Assembly: GCA_943788175.1 (NCBI GenBank)
Contig: CALSPG010000005.1
Coordinates: forward strand, 320,001-384,000
Source of the DNA: an uncultured bacterium
Lineage (GTDB): Bacteria; Fidelibacterota; Marinisomatia; Marinisomatales; UBA1611
DNA: 64,000 bases
Reading direction: 5' to 3'
Positions 59,838-64,000 of this stretch are shown piece after piece. The translations under genes were made by a program, and so were the position numbers. Under the pieces are notes generated by a model, which saw only the letters and a list, made by a program, of their open reading frames with translations, was not told where the DNA came from and did not search any database. Position 1 is the stretch's first letter. The number at the start of each line of letters is the position of its first letter.

Positions 59838-61001
59838 ATGTCAAAAGAAAATAAATTTGAAACCAATGCCATTCATGTAGGCAATAAGCCCGATCCTTCA
59901 ACCGGGTCTATTTCCCCACCAATTCACCTAACCTCTACTTATGTTCAAGATGGAATCGGGAAAAATAAAGGCTTTGATTATTCAAGAGGCACTAATCCAA
60001 CTCGTGAAAGGCTAGAGAAAAATATAGCTTCTTTAGAGGGTGGCTATGATGCAATTGCATTCTCAAGTGGTATGGCTGCAACCACGGCACTATTACAACA
60101 TCTAAAGCAAGGTGACCATATAATAATTTCTAGAAATGTTTATGGTGGTACCTATCGAATGACCACTCAAGTATTGAGTAACCATGGTTTGAAATTTGAT
60201 TTTGTTGATACAACGGATGTGCAAAATATTAAAAAAGCAATCAAGCCAGAAACCAAGTGGGTTTTTATTGAAACGCCTACAAATCCTATGCTTGAAGTAA
60301 CTGATATTGCTGCGGTTTCAAAAATATGTAAAGAGGGTAATATAAAATTTGCTGTTGATAATACCTTTATGAGTCCTTTTGGGCAACGTCCAATTGAGCA
60401 TGGTGCAGATTGTGTTATGCACAGTACAACAAAATTCATTGGTGGGCATAGCGATGTGCTTGGTGGCGTTTTGGTGGCCAAAGATAAAGAGTTGGCAGAT
60501 AAATTACATTTCATCCAAAAATCGGGAGGAGCTATTCCAAGTCCTTTTGATGCTTGGCTCCTTTTAAGGTCTGTTAAAACATTAGGGATGCGAGTTCAAA
60601 AAGCGTCAGATAATGCTATGGTGATTGCAAAGTATTTTGATTCCAATTCAAAAATTGCTAAAACAATTTATCCAGGCTTGGAATCTCACCCCCAAAATAG
60701 TATATCCAAAAAGCAGCAAATTACGCCTCATGGAGATATCATATTCGGCAGCATGGTTTCTATCGTTTTTCATTCTAAGATTGAGATGGAAGCCTTTATC
60801 AAGAAAATAAATCTATTTTCACTAGCAGAAAGTCTGGGTGGGGTAGAGAGTCTTATGTCTGTTCCGTATTTTATGACTCATGCTGATGTCCCAGCGGATG
60901 TTAAAGCTGAGATGGACTTAGTTCCAGAGTTGTTAAGACTTGCTGTAGGAATTGAGCATATCGATGATTTAATTGAAGATATAGAGAATGCTTTATCTTA
61001 A
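59838..61001 (+). CDS. Cystathionine gamma-lyase/synthase family PLP enzyme
   Basis: YSRGTNP, SSGMAA, ETPTNP, DNTF, STTKFIGGHSD, ESLGG. Confidence 0.93.
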   Translation: MSKENKFETNAIHVGNKPDPSTGSISPPIHLTSTYVQDGIGKNKGFDYSRGTNPTRERLEKNIASLEGGYDAIAFSSGMAATTALLQHLKQGDHIIISRNVYGGTYRMTTQVLSNHGLKFDFVDTTDVQNIKKAIKPETKWVFIETPTNPMLEVTDIAAVSKICKEGNIKFAVDNTFMSPFGQRPIEHGADCVMHSTTKFIGGHSDVLGGVLVAKDKELADKLHFIQKSGGAIPSPFDAWLLLRSVKTLGMRVQKASDNAMVIAKYFDSNSKIAKTIYPGLESHPQNSISKKQQITPHGDIIFGSMVSIVFHSKIEMEAFIKKINLFSLAESLGGVESLMSVPYFMTHADVPADVKAEMDLVPELLRLAVGIEHIDDLIEDIENALS

Positions 61002-61127
61002 TTAATTAGTGGCAAGTTTTACCATTTAATACTTATTATTTTTCGGTACAGAGTCTTAGATTATAACCTTTGCTGATAGAATTGTATTTTATGTGCAATC
61101 AAAAATTTCATTTTGGAGGTAGTTTTA

Positions 61128-64000
61128 ATGTTTAAATATTTAAATAATGCGTTTTTGTCTCTTGCGCTTGTCTTCTCCTTTATTGGGGCGCAGGATGTTG
61201 AGCTTACAATAGTAGACACTTCGTTTGCTGGTTACACGGATGAAATCATTGTGCCTATTTTAATCTCAAACCCGAACAATAATGTCGGTGGAGTTCAATT
61301 TGATGTATCAGTAAGTCCTAACATGGTGAGTTTAACAGGTGTTTCATCCGTGGGTAATGCTTCTAGTTTTTCTGCTGCTTACAATGCGTTAAGTGATGGT
61401 AGTTCAAGAGTAGTATTTTATAATGGGAGTGATCCAAGTGGCCTAAACCCTGGTACAGATGCTAGAGTTCTAAATCTCCATTTTGGAGGCACAGACGTGT
61501 TGTCTGCTGTTCTTGAAATTAAATTAAACAATTTAATTGTAAGTGATGGAGAGGGTGGAGTTCTTACTTCTCAATCGTCATCTGGAAATCTTACAATTGG
61601 TGATGTAGTATACTTAAGCGGATCAACTTCTACTGGGGATGTTGGTGAAACCGTTTCTATTGACTTTAGTATTAGTAATACAGGCGCAGTCGGAGGAGTT
61701 CAATTCGATGTTAAAGATAGCCCAAACTATTTAAGTTTAGTCTCAGTTGCTACAACAGCTAGGACTGCAGAATTTTCTGCTGATTTTAATAATATTAATG
61801 ATGGTGACACTTCACGAATTATTCTTTTTAGCTCTGATAATGTTAACCTAGCACCAGGTACAGGTCCGGTACTTTCAGCAACTTTTGAAATTGTAAATAA
61901 TGCCTATGCTGATTCTGTTTCTGTTTTTATGGAAAACATCCTGGTTACAGATGGTGTTGGTGGTAGTTATTGGATAGCAGCGGCTGACTCTGGTACTGTA
62001 GCAGTTTACCCCGGGTATATCGAAGAGCCTTCTAACTTGCAAGCTATTGATGGTCAAGATGCCTATGTTGCATTGTCATGGAACCCGCCATCAGGCCCTA
62101 TACCAGATAACATAACTGAAGATTTTGAAGATGGGATTCCAGACGATTGGACACTTACAACTAGTTCTGCGCAAGGGTGGTATTTAACTACAGATTGCAC
62201 GAGTGAATGGTGGACAGTTCCTGCACACACAAACTATATGTGTTCTAATGATGACCAGGCAAACGATGACGGAGCGCTGGATTATATGGTTACTCCAATG
62301 CTAAACGTTAGCGGAGCTGCAAGTGTCATACTAAACTTTGATTCATATTTTGATGGGGCCTATGGTCAAACTGCTTCTATTGGTGTAAGTGATAATGGAG
62401 TAGATTTTACAGAGGTGTATCCGTTAGTTGCTGGAACAGAGTGGATTAATGAGACAGTAGATTTAACGCCTTTTATTACTGGCGATAATTTGTATATTTT
62501 ATTTCATTCAAATGATAATGCAGCTTGGGCGTCTGGATGGGCGGTTGATGATATTTCAATTTCTTTTGAAACTCGAGTAATTCCTGAGAGATTAGTACAT
62601 TATAATTTAACAGATCTGGGTGAGTGGGTAGTCAGCGCTCCTAAAGAGGATGTCATGAACAAGTACGGAGGCGGAATTCCTTTTGCAGATAGAATTGATT
62701 TAGACAACCCAGTTAATCTTAATAACCAACGTCCTGTAGCTATTGATGCCTATAAAGTTTACAAATCACTAAGTGAGACGTCTGATTTTGAAGAAATTGT
62801 TGAGCTAGAAGCCAGTGTGACTTCTTATACAGACGAAGATGTCGTAAATAATACTGCCTACTATTATTATGTGACAGCTATATATCCTGATGGTTCTGAA
62901 TCTGTACCGACAAGTACTGTATCAGCAACCCCGGTTGAATGGATAGAGTGTTACATTAGTGATGGTGGCTCTTTGACTGGCATAGCCGATACAATAGATA
63001 TCTCCGTTAATAATGAAAGTTTATTGGGTGGTTTATTTTTTGAAATTGAAGATTTCCCAGATGTCCTTGTTGGAGAGAGTGTTTTGCCAGCTGAAAGAAC
63101 GACTGGAACAAATGGACAACCTTCATGGACCTTTTCATTATTAGATGATAATGGAAAAATTTCAATTGCAGGCTTTGGACCTCTAGCGGGTGCAGCTGCT
63201 CTTGAGCCAGGTAATGGCCCTGTATGTAGAGTCGTCGTTCGACCTCAAGGAGACCAAGCTCAGACTTTAACACTTACAATGACAGATGTTCAGATTCAAG
63301 ACACTAGTAACCCACCAGTACAATTAAACTGGACAGCAGAAACTGCAGCTTATGAAGTGGGAATTGAAACGCAATATATTATGTTAACTGATGGAAACGC
63401 AGCGCCTGGTGCTCAGCTAAGCTCATCAATGTGCTTAGTAAATACACAAGATGTTTATGGAATTCAAGTTGAATTTGTTGCTGATCCGCCATTCGTAAGC
63501 GGGTCGGGTCTACAAGTAACTGATTTACTAGACTTAAGCACTTGGTCAGTTTCTTCTCAACAACTTGGTAATACATTTACACTATTACTTTTTGATAACA
63601 CTCTTAGTAATCCTGTACCTCCAGGATACTGGTACTTAGGCGAGGTTTTAATAGATGTCCTTCCTGGATCTCCTGAAGATTTTATTGTTGATGTTGAATA
63701 TGGAGAGATGATTTTGTCCGATGCTTATAATCAGCCTATGATATCTGTTGGTTTACCTTCAGAAGTTTATATAGGTGCGCCTCCAGTTTCTTACAGTATC
63801 CACAACGTAGAAGGTCTACTAACTCCAGGGGGTGAGGGCTCTTTTGAAGTTCACATGACGAATACAGAAACAGTTGGTACTATGTCTTTTGAAATTGAAG
63901 ATGCTCCAGAGTATCTAACGGTTACTTCTGTAGAAGCCGTTGGTAGATTTGCAAATGGAATTATTGACGGAAGCACGGGTGAAGACTCTAATAATGAGAA
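61128..64000 (+). CDS. Large secreted protein with multiple cohesin-like domains, FN3 and a cleaved-adhesin-like domain (3'-truncated; absent from the ORF track)
   Basis: RBS GGAGG, ATG 61128, signal peptide, open frame to the window end; repeated N...(V/L)GG(V/L)(Q/F)F(D/E)...PG.G.V motifs; EDFEDGIP..W...W.VDDI; YYYYVTA. Confidence 0.85.
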   Translation, partial: MFKYLNNAFLSLALVFSFIGAQDVELTIVDTSFAGYTDEIIVPILISNPNNNVGGVQFDVSVSPNMVSLTGVSSVGNASSFSAAYNALSDGSSRVVFYNGSDPSGLNPGTDARVLNLHFGGTDVLSAVLEIKLNNLIVSDGEGGVLTSQSSSGNLTIGDVVYLSGSTSTGDVGETVSIDFSISNTGAVGGVQFDVKDSPNYLSLVSVATTARTAEFSADFNNINDGDTSRIILFSSDNVNLAPGTGPVLSATFEIVNNAYADSVSVFMENILVTDGVGGSYWIAAADSGTVAVYPGYIEEPSNLQAIDGQDAYVALSWNPPSGPIPDNITEDFEDGIPDDWTLTTSSAQGWYLTTDCTSEWWTVPAHTNYMCSNDDQANDDGALDYMVTPMLNVSGAASVILNFDSYFDGAYGQTASIGVSDNGVDFTEVYPLVAGTEWINETVDLTPFITGDNLYILFHSNDNAAWASGWAVDDISISFETRVIPERLVHYNLTDLGEWVVSAPKEDVMNKYGGGIPFADRIDLDNPVNLNNQRPVAIDAYKVYKSLSETSDFEEIVELEASVTSYTDEDVVNNTAYYYYVTAIYPDGSESVPTSTVSATPVEWIECYISDGGSLTGIADTIDISVNNESLLGGLFFEIEDFPDVLVGESVLPAERTTGTNGQPSWTFSLLDDNGKISIAGFGPLAGAAALEPGNGPVCRVVVRPQGDQAQTLTLTMTDVQIQDTSNPPVQLNWTAETAAYEVGIETQYIMLTDGNAAPGAQLSSSMCLVNTQDVYGIQVEFVADPPFVSGSGLQVTDLLDLSTWSVSSQQLGNTFTLLLFDNTLSNPVPPGYWYLGEVLIDVLPGSPEDFIVDVEYGEMILSDAYNQPMISVGLPSEVYIGAPPVSYSIHNVEGLLTPGGEGSFEVHMTNTETVGTMSFEIEDAPEYLTVTSVEAVGRFANGIIDGSTGEDSNNE

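Overview
AT-rich bacterial chromosome segment. Gene content (fused E1 dehydrogenase, Bacteroidota-like TonB receptor and SecA tail, MORN/YwqK proteins, multi-cohesin surface protein) suggests a marine FCB-group organism, possibly Marinisomatota/SAR406 (inference). Layout: (1) 1-6.4 kb: 2-oxoacid dehydrogenase E1/E2, lipA, lon. (2) 6.45-16.65 kb: a ~10 kb satellite-like element integrated in tRNA-Val(TAC), with tyrosine integrase, xis-like HTH, primase-helicase, TerS-like remnant and iterons, carrying an E1-E2-ACP-PPTase cassette. (3) 16.8-34 kb: accessory metal/stress region. (4) 34-64 kb: mostly core genes (secDF, parAB, F0F1 ATPase, aspS, phoH, ilvE, nusB, secA) and a large multi-cohesin secreted protein that runs off the end. 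Top finding: two paralogous His/Cys-rich leader ORFs ending in RAPP. Each has an anti-Shine-Dalgarno just after the RAPP codons that is complementary to the RBS of the downstream metal-uptake gene, suggesting a metal-sensing ribosome-stalling switch. Single-base indels occur even in atpA, so many frameshifts may be sequencing errors.
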